From: Iphione sp. A-MEVVRFRX5
Lineage: Eukaryota
Assembly: GCA_976226885.1 (NCBI GenBank)
Contig: OZ320318.1
Location: 81,964,001-82,028,000 of the forward strand
DNA length: 64,000 nucleotides
Direction: 5' to 3'
Shown: positions 1 through 14,015 of the stretch, one piece after another
How positions within the stretch are numbered: the stretch's first letter is position 1
Layout: each line of letters opens with the position of its first letter
Translations under genes and position numbers: made by a program
The notes under the pieces: generated by a model
Databases searched by the model: none
Seen by the model: the letters and a program-made list of their open reading frames with translations, nothing else
What the model was told of the DNA's origin: nothing

Positions 1-2681
1 AGGCATCATTCAAGGAAAACGAATAAGAGCCAAACGTCCCCGACATTCAGACCATTGTCATTGACCGCACCCCCTTTTGCCGAGGTTAAGGCTCTATCTG
101 GAACTGTTTGTTGAAATGGCAAGTAACTTTCTTGAAATGAGAAATAATTTGTCTCCTGTGGCCAAGAATGTCCGACTAACGACTGGCCAACGCGAAGGTA
201 TAGCGGTCCCCGTTTGAGATCATCCTGGAAGATTGGCTAAGCGGTACGACCCCCTGTAAATCATGATCCTGCCTGAAGACATGGCAGCTCATGTGAGGAA
301 GGCAACTGCCATCGGTGAAAGGTTAAGGAAAACAAAGAAAAGAAAATGAACAGTTTGGCATGACACAAAGGTAGCTAGACCTGATCAAAGTACCATCTTT
401 CCAGATTTGAATTAACTGGTCTTTAAAGCGATGAGAGATCAAAGTCACTGTGTTCAGTGAAAATTTTCTAGGAGGAAAACTGGAATGGTGAAGTATTTTG
501 TTACCTTCACCCCGCCCCCCCCCTTTAGGTAGCATCCACCGCCGTTACAGTGTTTTGGTGAACAGACAAAGAAAATTTATGGTTGAAGAATTGGACTAAT
601 TTGTCCTTCTCCTCCTTGTAAAATTGACTGTTAATGGCGATAATTTTTTCACTCTAGATTCGCTTGTATAAAAACGATGACAGTTCATTTGCGTTCTGAT
701 ATTGGTACCCGTTTCAACACGAAGGTAGGACCTCGAGGAATTGGAACGTGTGATTTGTCTGTCTGTCTCTGTCTTTCCACCTCGGTGTCTTAGACCGCAT
801 CAATTATGATAGCCTTTGGTTTTTCTTCATGTATGAACAATTCATCACTGAGGTATCTAAATCTCGGTCTGTTTGTTCCTTCTCTGTACGCCTGTCTGTA
901 TCAGTTGGTTGATTTGTCTCTACAGTTTGTATATGTTATCTCTGTGGCTTTATGTTTGTTCCTATCTGTGAAGTCACTAACCTGTCTGTCAGTTTGTAGA
1001 TTGTTTTTCAATATGTCTGTGCCTGTAATTGTTCCAATCTGTCTGTTTCTGTACCTCTCCTCTGCATATGTTTGTTGCTGTCTGTGTGCCTTTCTTCTTG
1101 ACATGTCACTATAACCATGATTTCCTGTCTGACAGTGTATCTCTCTTGACCTGTAAGTCTGTGCAGCTGTTTCTTTCATTGATGGACTGTATTTATAATA
1201 CCACCTGTCTATCTGTCTGTCTGTCTGTCTTACTAACTCACTGTCTCTCTGCCTCTGTCCCTGTTCGTCTTTTCATGTTCTTGACCTGTGTCGTGGATGT
1301 CTCGTCTCTTTTCTTATTATTTGTTTTTCTGACAAATTATCTTTTGGCGATACGCAGTTACTTCTTTTTTGGTGAAGGGACTAAAATGTCATGCTGTTCG
1401 ACAACAGAACGGTGGAACAGAACATAAACTGTGTTTCCTCCCATATCGACCTCTTAGAAATGATTGTGTGAAAGGTATTTACTATCCTTACTACACTATA
1501 GGATTAGTGTTATGTCGTTTATGAGATGGTTATATAATGTGTCAAATATTAGGCTTAACTCCCTTGACGGGTGGGTCCAACTTTACCCAAAAACACTTGA
1601 CTGTCTCGGATGAACACTTTCAATTTCTGTTGCCATAGTTACGGACCTTACCTCCTCGCATGTCTCGGAAGTTCGCACCAGAAGTGTATCAGTAATTTTG
1701 CCCCATCGGAAAGTCTCGCGTTTCAGGATATTAAAGCAGTTTGTCGGTGTCTCACGATGGTTTTTTCCCCTTCGAAGTTTGGATTCGCATGCTCATCCGG
1801 TCTCGCAATGATTATGTCCACACATACATATCGCGTGCCTTCCATTATTTCGTCAGCGCTTATTTATTTTTTTAATTTTTGTTAAGAACGCCGCGTCGGA
1901 GTGACTTCGGCGTTCGTGTCCAAGTGGACGTTTCCCGTTTACATTTGTTCATTTGTATAAAATATGAAAAAGAGGCTCGGGTTATAGACGCAGCTCTCTT
2001 CGCGGCAGCGAGACGCTTCCGGAAATTGGCGTTCCCTTGGCGACCGCGAAGAGATCCCGAGAGTGAGGCTGAAGCCAGTGTCGGCTAAAATGTCCTCAAA
2101 GGCTATCGAGGAAGGACCAGACCTTTAACGAACATCTTTGAGCACGCGATCCCCCATCCCCACCCCCACCCCACCCACCTCCCACATGGGGCGACACCTT
2201 GTAATAACTTAATTTCTACTCGTGCAGGGGCTTCAGGAGATCCCTAATACTAACCTACCCCTGTTGCTGTCGATATCCCTAATCCTATAATTAACTCTCT
2301 CCCTGTTCTATAAGTGGGCCATAACACTTCCTAATGCTATCCTCTAGCCCGACGCTATCTTATGTAAAATGTATACACGTGTGGAGGTACGTGCAACGTT
2401 TCCCTTTTTCTGGAAATTTGTCCGCCTAAACAACATTCGGTTATCCTGTACCCACCTGACATGCGAGGATGTGGCGGCCACCCACACCCATACGTACGCC
2501 CTTGAGTGTTGGTGGCCGCCACATCCTGCCGCGGCTTACAGGGCAGCTGGCTGGTGTCACGTGCAAGGCTTCTTCAGGGCTCACTACGCAGGTAGCGTGA
2601 CTTTAAGATACATTTGTTTCTGTTACCACTTATGTTCCCATCTCCATCCTCATTTCACACTTGAAGAAACAATATATGGAT

Positions 2682-2910
2682 CATGACCAGACAGATTTAC
2701 TGTAGCCCCAACCTAGATTGGTCCACAACTTGTAAAAAAACTGTGGGTGTATAGGATTCTGTCTCCTATGCACAAAAAGATCCCAGAAACCTATTAGAAA
2801 TATGGGTAAGGGACAACCCCGGGTCTTATGGTCTTTTATTTCTCCAAAATAGATGGTAGTATGCTATCCCGGGAGGATATGCAAGAACAGCTTAAATGCT
2901 AGCTGAATAT
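2682..2910 (+). repeat. Dispersed repeat, copy 1
   Basis: Colinear blocks CATGACCAGA, TGTAGCCC, TCTCCTATGCA, CCCAGAAA, GGTAGTATGCTA and AGCTGAAT are shared with 16421-16650. Confidence 0.75.
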
Positions 2911-5900
2911 CTAGTTGCTGGGTACATTGAAAAATGAACAATGAAAAATGAGAAAATGGATTGGCACTATGAGATCGTTATTGAGATGTGTAAAGGAGTG
3001 CCTTGTGTTTGAAGGATCAATCTTCTATACCACCGTGCAGGATCATTTTGAACACTAAGATGTGTTTGTGTTCACCTGTACAAGCACGTCAGCCTTGCTT
3101 CCAACCATTACTCCCAATGAGTTATAGTTGGTATACCAGTTCACAAGGTATTTAATGCACTTAGATCTCCCAGGTAGAATATGGTTGCAGATGATGTATT
3201 GATATATGTGAAAACAAGTATAAATCAGCCATTGCAAATAAAGTAATCTCGAATTTGGCAGTGTGAGGGGGACATGGAGCTGAAGGTCATTCGGAGTCGT
3301 AGATGAGGTATAGACGGTTGAAAATAGAACTGCAACGTATAATTTATTTAGAGGAAAAATGCAAGGAAAAAGTGTAGCTATCAGGGCCTCGCAGCGGTGA
3401 ATAACCTGGCTTCCTCCCAAGTCTTACTCTGTTTTTACCACTAGTTTTAAGGCTAAAACCTACTGAGGATTTATTTAAATCTCGTATTTCTTATGATGTA
3501 ATTCTCAATTAATTTTTAAATTTCAATTACTTTCTTAATCGTCAGCGTAAAATGGGCGATCAGTTCCTTTTTGTTTCCGGCTTTGTGCAGACATTGGAAT
3601 AATTTCGTTTTAAAACGCCAAGAAAAGTTAGCGACGGTGGACATCACTACTTTTTGTCGTATCTGTATATTAATTTCATGCACAGGAAAGTGACTTGAAA
3701 ATTTGCTTTTTGCACAATTTCAAACGAAATGATATGTTGCCTCAGCATCCACGTTGGTGATAGGGCTCTGGATGTTTAAGGTTACATGCACACCTTGGGA
3801 TAATGTGCTTGACATCGGTTTTTATTTCCATCTCCATTTCTCCTTTCTCTCCCTCTATGTCCGTCCTTCCCTCCATCTGTCCGTCCGTCCATCCGTCCCC
3901 CCTTCTGTCTTTCCTTGTTCTCCATCCTTCCTCTCCTCCAGTGTTGTCCTCCCGTCTTTGTCCCCTCCTTTCCGCCTTTACCCTCCTTTTTTCCCTCTTC
4001 TCCACCCCTGCCTCTCAACGTTGACTCTATCAACTATTAAATCCGATGTGGAGGAAGGTTGATTGTGATAGGAAACTGATGTCTGGACTGCCCCCAAATA
4101 TCACGATCTAGACCCCATTGAAGTAAAGATGAGCCCCCCCTCCAAAAGAAAAATATTAATAACCTGTCGATGCTATCACTAGGTTACAGGAAGGAATCAT
4201 TTTTCCTTTTAGTTTCCTTTTTTTTGGTATTCAGCATGCTTCATCGTTCACAACCTACACGAAATATCGCTCGGATGCCGCTAAATGAGATTTGACCGGA
4301 AGCGATATTGGGGTGGCCCATTATTAAAAGGCGCGGGGGTGATCGGTAAGGGAGATGTTTAAGTGGGGGATGGAAAGGGGGGGGGGGTCTGAAGAGAGGT
4401 ATTTTATAAGCCATGAAACTTGCATATAACCGGAGTGTGGCCGCCTTCTTTATGGACGCTCAAGTGGAGAACTGTTCCTTATAAGGGCAGCCGGTGCTGC
4501 TGTTAATAGAAGCAGATAAAAGCAGCGAGGAGTTCATGCGGGGGAGGAGTAGGTAGCGGGGTGGGTGGGGGGGTGGATGTATGGGTCAGTGATAGGTGGA
4601 TATTCTGGGAGGTAGGAGAACAGTTCTAATATGGCTGGCAGTGCATTTCGTATGTTTTCATTGTCACTAAAAGCGTGCTTAAACTCTGGATTTGCATTCT
4701 TACAAATTTGTTAAATGTGATTTCATTGAATAAGCAGAAGGCCAAGTAGCGGTTCTCCTAGATATAGAGAGGATTTGGAGGGTGGGAGGGGATTATGTAA
4801 AGGGAGGGGGGACAGACATGGAAACAGGAAAAAAAGGAGAGATAGAGGAATAGATGGATAGAATGATTATCTTCTTATGTAAAACGTTGCTCGAAATTAG
4901 TACCAGCCATGGTAATGGTGGAATTCTCACGGGATTTTACGTGATGTAGTATCACTACGCCTGTGTACATGTACATGTATGTATATATAGAGAGAGGGAG
5001 GGACGGAGGGAGGGAAGAGAAAGGGGGAAAGAAGAGAGTATAAAGCAACAGAGAGCAGATGTATAAGGAAGAGGGAGAGAGATGCGAGGGAGACATTTGA
5101 AGGATAAATACGCCGAAGAGATAAGTAAGAGGGCGATATTTGAAAAATGTCCTTCACAATAGACACTAAAGGTGGTTATAAAGAGTATAAGAAAGAGAGA
5201 GAATGAGAGAGATAGAGAGAAAAGGGAGGGGAGAGATAGACTTACATACACAAAGAAGGCAAAGCCAGACACTGAGGGAGACATACAGCTGAGAAAGGGG
5301 GAGAGAGAAAGAGAGAGAGAGAGAAACCGGAATAGAACAGAGACAGAGAAAGAAAGACAGTCTGGGAAAGGGACCGTGATAGAAGGGATATGGAGGAAGG
5401 AGGAAAAAGTAAATAGGAACAAACAGGGAGAGAGAGACTTAAGAGATGGGTAGATACAAACAACACCTACCTATGGCTTCCATCCTAAAAGAGTGACATC
5501 GCGATGCATGTAATATGATGGGATCCTAAGATGCGATAGGAGGAGGAGGACGGAAATGTGAGCATTAGGAAGACGGGTAGTTCTCGGATAATGAGATATT
5601 GCAGTAAAACAGTAATATAAGGCCGGCAGTTTTTGCAGAAGAGAAAGAACAGTTTGGGTGGGGAGAGAAGAGCGAAAGGACAGCTTAAAGGAAGACAGGT
5701 ATGGAGCGAATGAGGCACAATGAGAATGAGATGGAGAGCAGGGGCCAAAAAGAGACGTGGTCAGAGAATACAAATAGGTTGTTTACACCGTAACCAACTT
5801 AGAACGTCGGGAAAGTTGGATGAAACCATAGACAGTCCTTATCGCTAACAGGATGGGCCACCCACGCCGACACAGGCAAGCCAGGTCCAGTCTTGTCACA

Positions 5901-5954
5901 CAGCAATTGTGTAAACAGGGAGCAGGAGAATTCACACTATAAATGACTCATGCC

Positions 5955-6274
5955 ATAACCAAATCACGTCATCACTGTCCTGTACTATAACCTATTCACC
6001 CGACCATCAAAACATACCATAACCAATTCACACTACCTCTGTTTCATGGAATGACCTACTCACACCATCACTGTCTCATACCATAACCAACTCACCCTGT
6101 CATTCAAATATACCATAACCAACTCACATCATTGCTCTCTCATGGAATAACCAACGCACACCACCACTGTCTCATGACATAACCTACTCACAGTACCATT
6201 GAAGCATACCATTACCAACTCACACCATCACTGTCTCATGGCATATCCAATTCACACCATCCATGATTCATAGA
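5955..6274. repeat. 32-bp minisatellite with 96-bp higher-order repeat
   Basis: ATAACC-like anchors at 5955, 5987, 6019, 6051, 6083, 6115, 6147, 6179, 6211 and 6243. Confidence 0.9.
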
Positions 6275-7559
6275 GTAAATAAAATGCACCATTACCAACT
6301 CATGCTGTAACCAACCTGCACCAAAACGGACTCATCCCATAAAATTCTGCATTAAACACTTATTACTCTGAATCCCCCTGCTGGTTCAATCAGTCCATTT
6401 TTGTAATACTGCTCCTGAAAAACTGTCTCGCGTGAATCCAAACGTTGAGCCTCTGACAATAACAGTCATCAATAGAGCCATTCTCATCAGACTGGATATC
6501 TAGCTTTCCGTTTTGGTTGGTTACAACATCAGTATAGTTCATGTTTGCTCCGATTACAGATCCATATATCCGCCATAGATTTAAAAGGTATCCTTTAACA
6601 GTTTGTGATGTTATAAACATTGAAATACATGTAACACCTCGTTATGTCGAAAGGTGTCATGTGGTAATGATGGGAGCTGGAGGTGATCTGAGGGTGTAAT
6701 TAAACAGGGGGAAAAATCTACAATCTCAGAAAATCAAATAATCAGACCAAAGGGGAAGGAGGAGGGAATGACACAGGACGGAGGAAAGCAGAGAATACAG
6801 TGAGCAAGTCGAGAGGAAAGGGTGGGAGAAAGGAGATTTAAGAAAAGAGAGATTGAGATAGAAAAAAGATGTAAAGACATTATACCAAGATGTTTATGTC
6901 ACTTCTACCTTACGGAGCTCCATATTACATGCCTGGAATATTAAGTTTAATGAATAGCGAAGATACTATAGATCAAGATGTATAAGCAACATTAGCCTTC
7001 AAGAACGCCATATCGCATGCGTTGAATGTAATATGTAAATTAAAGTAATTGCCGGTAATTACCAGCGAGTGGGAAAGTGAAAGGTACCAGTATCCTCCTC
7101 GGTAACGGAGAGAACTATTAGCAGGAAAGGGAGAAAAGAAAGTGATATGTGAAAAAAAATCTCAAGTAGAGTTAGCCGCTTCTGTTAGGACTGGTGGAAA
7201 AGATGAGGTTGTAGAAATAGGGAAGTGTAAGTAGACTGGGAGGATGTCTATAATGAGCTCTTCAAATTACCTGCATCTTCATAGCCATTAAGGTTTACAT
7301 CTCACACTTAAGAATTCTGGCTCTGCAAGCAATATGATTTACTCCAAGCCGTTTGGGTTTTTCTATGGCTGATGGTACTGCATGGATATGGTAACCACCA
7401 TTCGGAGGTAGATATAATGTACCGCATGGTTAAAGGAACTCCATGTTTCGGTGAATACAAGGCCGACGTTTCACAGCAATCTTGTAATCCTAAGCGGTAA
7501 AGGAGTGATACGAAACTATTTGGGTACAAATGTGAAGGAGGAGAATACAGTGTACGTAT

Positions 7560-8120
7560 GCAAGTATGAGTACTCAGGGTTCAGTGATTATAGCAGCAGA
7601 AGTGCATATCACCTTCAGCAAATTAAGTATCCAGTATATATAGATCTCAGTAGTACATACAATATCGGTGTCTCGAAGCCCTGGACTCAGTATCTGTTGA
7701 GTGCAGCACTGACCGTTACAGACAGTCACAGGTGAGACCTGGGTCCAGCTTCCAGCAGTTGTATTATTCAGCCATATGCAGTCTCAGTGAAGTTCCAGGC
7801 AACATATCCAGCAAGTGTCGTACTCAGCTGTATACATATAGCCTCACTGAGGTGGTGGTGTCAGTATCCAGGTGTATAGCACCCAGCCATACGCACCACT
7901 TCATGGAGGCCTGGGACTCGGTATATATACACTTGAGTCTAGTACTCAGCCTTACAAGCATCATTGATTGTATTTGGCAAACAGACATACACCCATACAT
8001 TGAGCCCTGTGCACTGCTTCAGCGAAACCTGTGACTCAGTATACAGAGATTATAGCACTCAGCCATACATGTACCTTCAGTGAAGTCCTGGCTTTAGTGC
8101 GCTGTAAGTATATCACTCAG
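7560..8120. repeat. Degenerate tandem repeat, unit about 58 bp
   Basis: Recurring TATAGCACTCAGCCATAC...CTTCAGTGAAGTCCTGG-like blocks, e.g. near 7762, 7875 and 8051. Confidence 0.65.
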
Positions 8121-10896
8121 GCTCATTGAAAACACCGGAATCAATACACGAACATTTTAGTCCTCAGTCCTGTCCTACCCTATCCAAACTCCCTCTCTCT
8201 CCATGGAAGTGTGTCTGCTGGAACAGTTTCTTATCCTTATTGCCTAGTTTTGGTAATAGCACACTTGCAGCCATACCTACACATACACATACAAGCACGT
8301 GTCCTGTACCAGAGGACACCAGAGAAAGCGATAGAAAGATTGATAGGGAGGGAGAGAGAAAAGAGAGAGATAGGGGGAAGAGGGGATAGAGAGATGGAAA
8401 GAAAGAGGGAGAGAGAGAGTAGTAGGCATCACCGTAGTCCTGCTTCTTTCGCCGGGTTCACTTTTCACACAATAATGAATAGACATTAACCATACAGTCG
8501 CACCAAGCCAAATTTCTCTTTGTTCCTACCTTTTATAATTGTATTTTCATTCAGCTGATGCTTTCATTTTTCCTAAAAAGAAAAGATAAAACAATAAATA
8601 CGCTAGAATATCCGCCTGTACAGAAAGCCTGCAGTTCAAGCGTTTTTCCAGAGAATAAGACCATTGAACCCGGTGGAACAACGGCGTCTTAACCCAGTGC
8701 CCGGGTCGCGTGATGCGTAAGCTTTGATTTGATTGGCTTACCCAGAACCACCTTGTGTATTTAACCCTGTAAGGCGCGTCAGCACTGTATTATCGCGCCC
8801 TCAGGCCTAACTTCCGGCGTCCTCAGCGTCCCGCCTCCCATCCTATTAGCGTTCTTCCCCTACACACACGCTCCCAATCCTCCTCCTACATTACGTCCCC
8901 CCTTTCGCCTCTCCTCCTATTCCCATGTGTTTGAGGGTGTATGCATGTATGTGTGTGTGCATGGATGCGTGCATCCATATTGCTGTGTATATCTTATCAC
9001 TCACAGCCACGAAGAAGAGGGGGAATGCTAGCAATAGCACTGTCAACCGTTCAGCCTTCTGCTATGATCTTTTAGGTCTTAAAACTTCCAAAAGAGTATA
9101 CTATATGACTGATTAGTGTTATTCTACATGGATACTTACTACATGCCATTGGCTACTGGCTATTGCCTACTGGCACTTGCTGCCTGTCTGTCATTCAGCC
9201 TGTCCGTAAAGTGTACAGCTCCCTGTCCGTAGGTCAATAGTCTGGGAGTCTCTAGGGTTACGTCTGGCCTGCCTAGGTTTGTTTCTGTATGTTTGTGTTT
9301 CTGTATATTTTGTCGTGTGCTTTCTTCGCCGCCAGTTCAAGCTTTCTTTCTCTAGCCTTCCCTTCATACATATTTTTATTTCGTTTTACATTCCCCTCCC
9401 CTCTAATAAACGTTTCTGTCCTCCTGTCTTTCACTCGGTCTCATGTCGCTATCCTCCCTTTGTCCTTTTATTGACCCGCTATAGACGCTTCCTTGTTCTC
9501 TCCGGGTGCTCATCCAGTCTCAAATCACTCCCTTTCGGGACACTACTTCTCTTTTCTCTCCCCCCCTCCCCCCTGTTGCTGCTCTCATGGCCCCCTGTAC
9601 TGACCACTTCCGGAGACACAAACGCCGCCGTTCACACTCAGGGCGTTCCCCTGGCGGACACAGCTTGAGTTATAGACCGGAAGCTGGCAAGGAGCGTCTG
9701 GAGACTGTATGGTCACGCGAGATCTCGTGGTCGGCTGATATCACGTAGGCCACGAGACCCTAGGGGCTCTGAAGGAGGATATGCCCTGAAATGGCAACGT
9801 TCACATGAAAAAAATGACGCGGCGTCTTCTTTGATTATCGACGTTTTCTGTGTTTTGAAGGGAGCATCTTATATGACAGCAGCGGGCTTATTCTGTATGA
9901 AATGAACAGAATTAGCATCCTTTCCTTGTCTGCATAGTTGACAAAAGGGAGTCGCGTTTTGGTCTTTTGGATATGTACATTATTTATTGGTTTCTCTCTT
10001 TTTCTCTTCTTTCATCTTCTTTCTTTCGTTTTCCTCTTTTATTCTGATCCATCCCTCTCTTTTCGATCTATTCTTCTATCTTCCTTATCTTGTTTCTCCC
10101 TTCCTCTCTCTTATCCCTTTTTTGTATGTGTGTGTTCCTCTTTCTCCTTCTGGTCCTACCACCCTCTCTTGTTCTCTCTTTCTCTCTTTTCCACTCGTCC
10201 CCTTTCTCTCCTCTGTTTCCCTTATCTTCTCTTATCGTTGCTCCTCGTTTTCTCTAGTTCCTTCCTTCATTCCTTTTCCTCTCTTCTCCCTCTCCATTTT
10301 TCCGCTCTCTCCCTCGCCTCCGGTCGCTCACATCTCTACAACGAACATCTACATCTATTACAGATCTCCAACATTGTGAGAGAGCAATTTGCAGCGCTAC
10401 CGATAATTTTATGTAATTTTCTATCAAACTCGCCTAACTCCTCTCCTTTACTCTTTCCCTATCTACATGTGTACATGTATATGTATACAAAATGACAATG
10501 GATGTTCAATAAACGAATTTCAATTTGAATATATATCCTTCCATTCTTGAAAATGATACCAGGTAAATCTATGCGAGATAGAACATCTTTTTATGGAAAC
10601 ACAGTGTGTAAATGTATACGGCATGCTCATGTATATATGCCCAATAAATAGTATCGTTATTGTTATTGGAAAATATTAGGTATCCATCAACAACCAACGG
10701 TTGCTTAGCTGCACCTGTCTTCACTATGGGCGCCATGATATATCTGTTCCTTCGATGATCGTTATTCTGCAGCTTATTTTGACCGAATGGTATTATTAAC
10801 AATAGCGCAACTTGCCTCCTTTCCCTTCCCGCCCTCCTCTCCTTCCCTGCCCTCCTCTCCCTCACTGCCCTCCTCTCTCCTCACTGCCCTCTCCAT

Positions 10897-11095
10897 NNNN
10901 NNNNNNNNNNNNNNNNNNNNNNNNNNNNNNNNNNNNNNNNNNNNNNNNNNNNNNNNNNNNNNNNNNNNNNNNNNNNNNNNNNNNNNNNNNNNNNNNNNNN
11001 NNNNNNNNNNNNNNNNNNNNNNNNNNNNNNNNNNNNNNNNNNNNNNNNNNNNNNNNNNNNNNNNNNNNNNNNNNNNNNNNNNNNNNNNNNNNNNN
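10897..11095. other. N gap (other gaps: 12374-12527, 32891-33019, 35066-35246, 39218-39361, 42313-42453)
   Basis: Runs of N, mostly abutting low-complexity sequence. Confidence 0.99.
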
Positions 11096-13494
11096 TTACG
11101 TTCTCTTCCCCGCTACGTGTTCCAAGTGTGGTATCTCCTACAAAGACGAGTAGCAGAAGGTGATGAGGTCTCGTCTTGATCGATCTTCAGCTGTCAGAGG
11201 CAGACTTTCAAAATGGAGACGTCCGCCCAGAGAAACACGGGTTTTACCACTGTTTATTGGAATTTCGGTTTTCCTAACCGACACAATTCATCATTCAGGA
11301 TTCTTTTTCACCTAGGCATATTTTGGAAGGAAGTAAATTTAATTGAAAACAGTTTCACCTCCTTTGAGTTCATAGAGTATTGATTTTATGGGAAAACTTA
11401 TTTAAGTAAGAAAAAAGTTAAATTGTAAAACAATTCCTGGATTGTACTGAGGTGGATACTGTTGTAGCGTGTTAGTGACGTCAGAAAGCTGGTAAAAGCC
11501 TTTGCTGAGAATTAGCAGAAATGGTTACAGTTTCCATGGTGATTGTGTTCGATTTGCTTCGTGATCAGATGGACAGATGCTAATTGCAAATGGCCGGACG
11601 AGGAAAGCAGACGACTTTCTTTCATTTTTACGGATTTCGCTCCACCGCCTCTACATATTGCGCATTTCCTTTTTCGTTCCGCTTTTTCATTGACCGTATA
11701 TTGTCCGCTAGTCAGTGAATTCTTTTCTAGTCCATACCAATCACGGTTAGTTGATGGAAATATTCCTCCAGGATGTCAAAAGAAAAGATTCCTTTTGAAA
11801 AGAGTCCTTTTTGAGGAGATACGATGATATTTTCTCGTTGATAACGCATGCCAATACATACCAGTATCAGGCATGATGATATCAAGAATTGGCGGGAAAT
11901 CCGCATAGTGTGAAAAATGTCGTCAGTGTAGAAAAGCGATCATTCTGTGCGCAATCATGGTGGAATTTGTGAAAGGTTATTGCTAGGTTTGATGAATTGG
12001 AATAAAATCCATTTGGGCAGGAGTCGAAGGATGAATTAGCATCTAAATTGGAGCAACGTTTCAGTTTTACAGATTAGGAAAGGAACCCAGGGGTGATGAA
12101 AATCCATTAATCTGAAGAGTTATGCAAATCAAATGGTGATTTATTACAGAGTTTGGGCTTTGTAATTGCCCATTTTAGTTCTGTCAGATTTGTGTTCAAT
12201 GAAACTTGGTAAAAATATGGCTCTTGTTGCTTCAGTGTTAGCATCTTACCAAAGCAAAATAACATGTCGTAGATAAGAGGACAGGAGGGGGAAAAGATAG
12301 ATCAACAGCGACAAAAACATAAGTAGAGAATAAAGAGAACTGAGACGATGAGGACGAGAACGGCAAGGCAGTCNNNNNNNNNNNNNNNNNNNNNNNNNNN
12401 NNNNNNNNNNNNNNNNNNNNNNNNNNNNNNNNNNNNNNNNNNNNNNNNNNNNNNNNNNNNNNNNNNNNNNNNNNNNNNNNNNNNNNNNNNNNNNNNNNNN
12501 NNNNNNNNNNNNNNNNNNNNNNNNNNNGGTTAACTGTGCACTTAATGCAGGGGACACATTACGATATTGGGGAGCAATGTGCGAAGGGTAACAGAGTGGA
12601 AATGACAGAGAAGGAAGGACTAGTGGGGCCGTGAGGATAGGGTAAGGTTGAGCTAGATAGGAAGAAGGACACGTAGAGAGAAAGGACAGAGAGACTTAGG
12701 GAGAGACAGATAAGGAAAGACAAACAGGGAGTGGAGATGAAACAAATGGGTGGGAAAGTGGAGAAATACAGAGGCATTAAAAACATGAGATTTACTACAA
12801 GGAATTGAGGAAACTAACACCAGAAAGGAATAAACGACAGGAAGGGAGCAACAGAGATAAATAGGGAGTGGGGAAAGAGACTGATAGATAGCGATAGAGG
12901 GGGAGAGTTACAGATAGGGACAGTGAAGAGAGAGTGTGAAATGGAGGAAAAGAAGGCGATACAGGTGTATCGGGAAAGGGAAGAGGGTCAGGGACAGGAA
13001 GGAAAGGGAGGAACAGGTGGAGCTTGGGGACAAAGATTGAGTGAGAGGGAAAGAGAAATAGATAAGAGACAGAGAGAAAGGAAAGACAGGGAAGGAAGGA
13101 TGGGAGATACAAACAATTTAAGAGAGGAGGGACACAGGGATTATCGGAAATAAAGATGGAGAGTGGGAGATAGAGAGAGGACGTGTTGGAAGGAGGGCGG
13201 GAAAGAGGCTGGCAAATAGACTAAACTGAGGCTTAGAGAGGCTAAGAAATGGTCAAAATCAATAAGAGAACGAGAGGCGACTCTACATAGGGCCATGACC
13301 TGTAAAAAAAAGAAGCCACAAACACGACTAGTCAAAGGACAGGAACGTGCTTCTTTAGGCCCATTCTGAAGTGTAACAGTGTATCCATTTCCCTATAGTA
13401 ATAACAACTGGCAATTGCGGTAAACAAAAACCCACCAACACGACCAATGACAGCCAGCAGACGCCATGCAATCCAGATTTAGCATCGTGAGACC

Positions 13495-14015
13495 TGTAAC
13501 ACTCTACATGTAATTTTTGTGGTAGAAAATGTGTCGATACTAATTATGTTCTGAAAGTATTATTGTAACATAAAGTTATATGTTACCATGTAAAGCCTTG
13601 TACAACATCCACAAACAAAAATTTTTGTCAAGTACTCATGTTCTTGGAATCAGCACCTAACAGAAACCATTCTAGGTAAAACATTGTAACAACTTGTTTG
13701 CAGTATCCTGTCTCGTGTGAACAAAGTAACTCTTATCATCTACATGTTACAAAGTATACAGGATACTTGGTGCTATGACATCACTTAGCATAAAACTGCT
13801 GATGACTATTATTTGAGCACCTGTAATTAATGATTATTTTCTGGATCATGCAATGTTTATTCGCAGTGTTTGTCATAAGGTTCGAGTACATATAGAGGGT
13901 TGCTCTGATGCTATCGTCAAACTCACTACTTCCTGAACCCTGCTGTGCTGTATGCTGTGAAGAAATAAAGGCTGCAAATTGAACCTACTGGTGTGGTGTA
14001 CACTTTGTTCTTACA
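13495..14015 (+). mobile_element. Solo LTR (521 bp), probably Gypsy-type
   Basis: Begins TGTAAC and ends TTACA (inverted TGTAA/TTACA termini); flanked by 4-bp direct repeat GACC (13491-13494, 14016-14019); AATAAA at 13964-13969. Confidence 0.8.

Noticed and set aside
5955-6274. Regular repeats read as a CRISPR array (also 27885-28700)
   Set aside because: Contiguous degenerate monomers with no unique spacers or cas genes; eukaryotic context.
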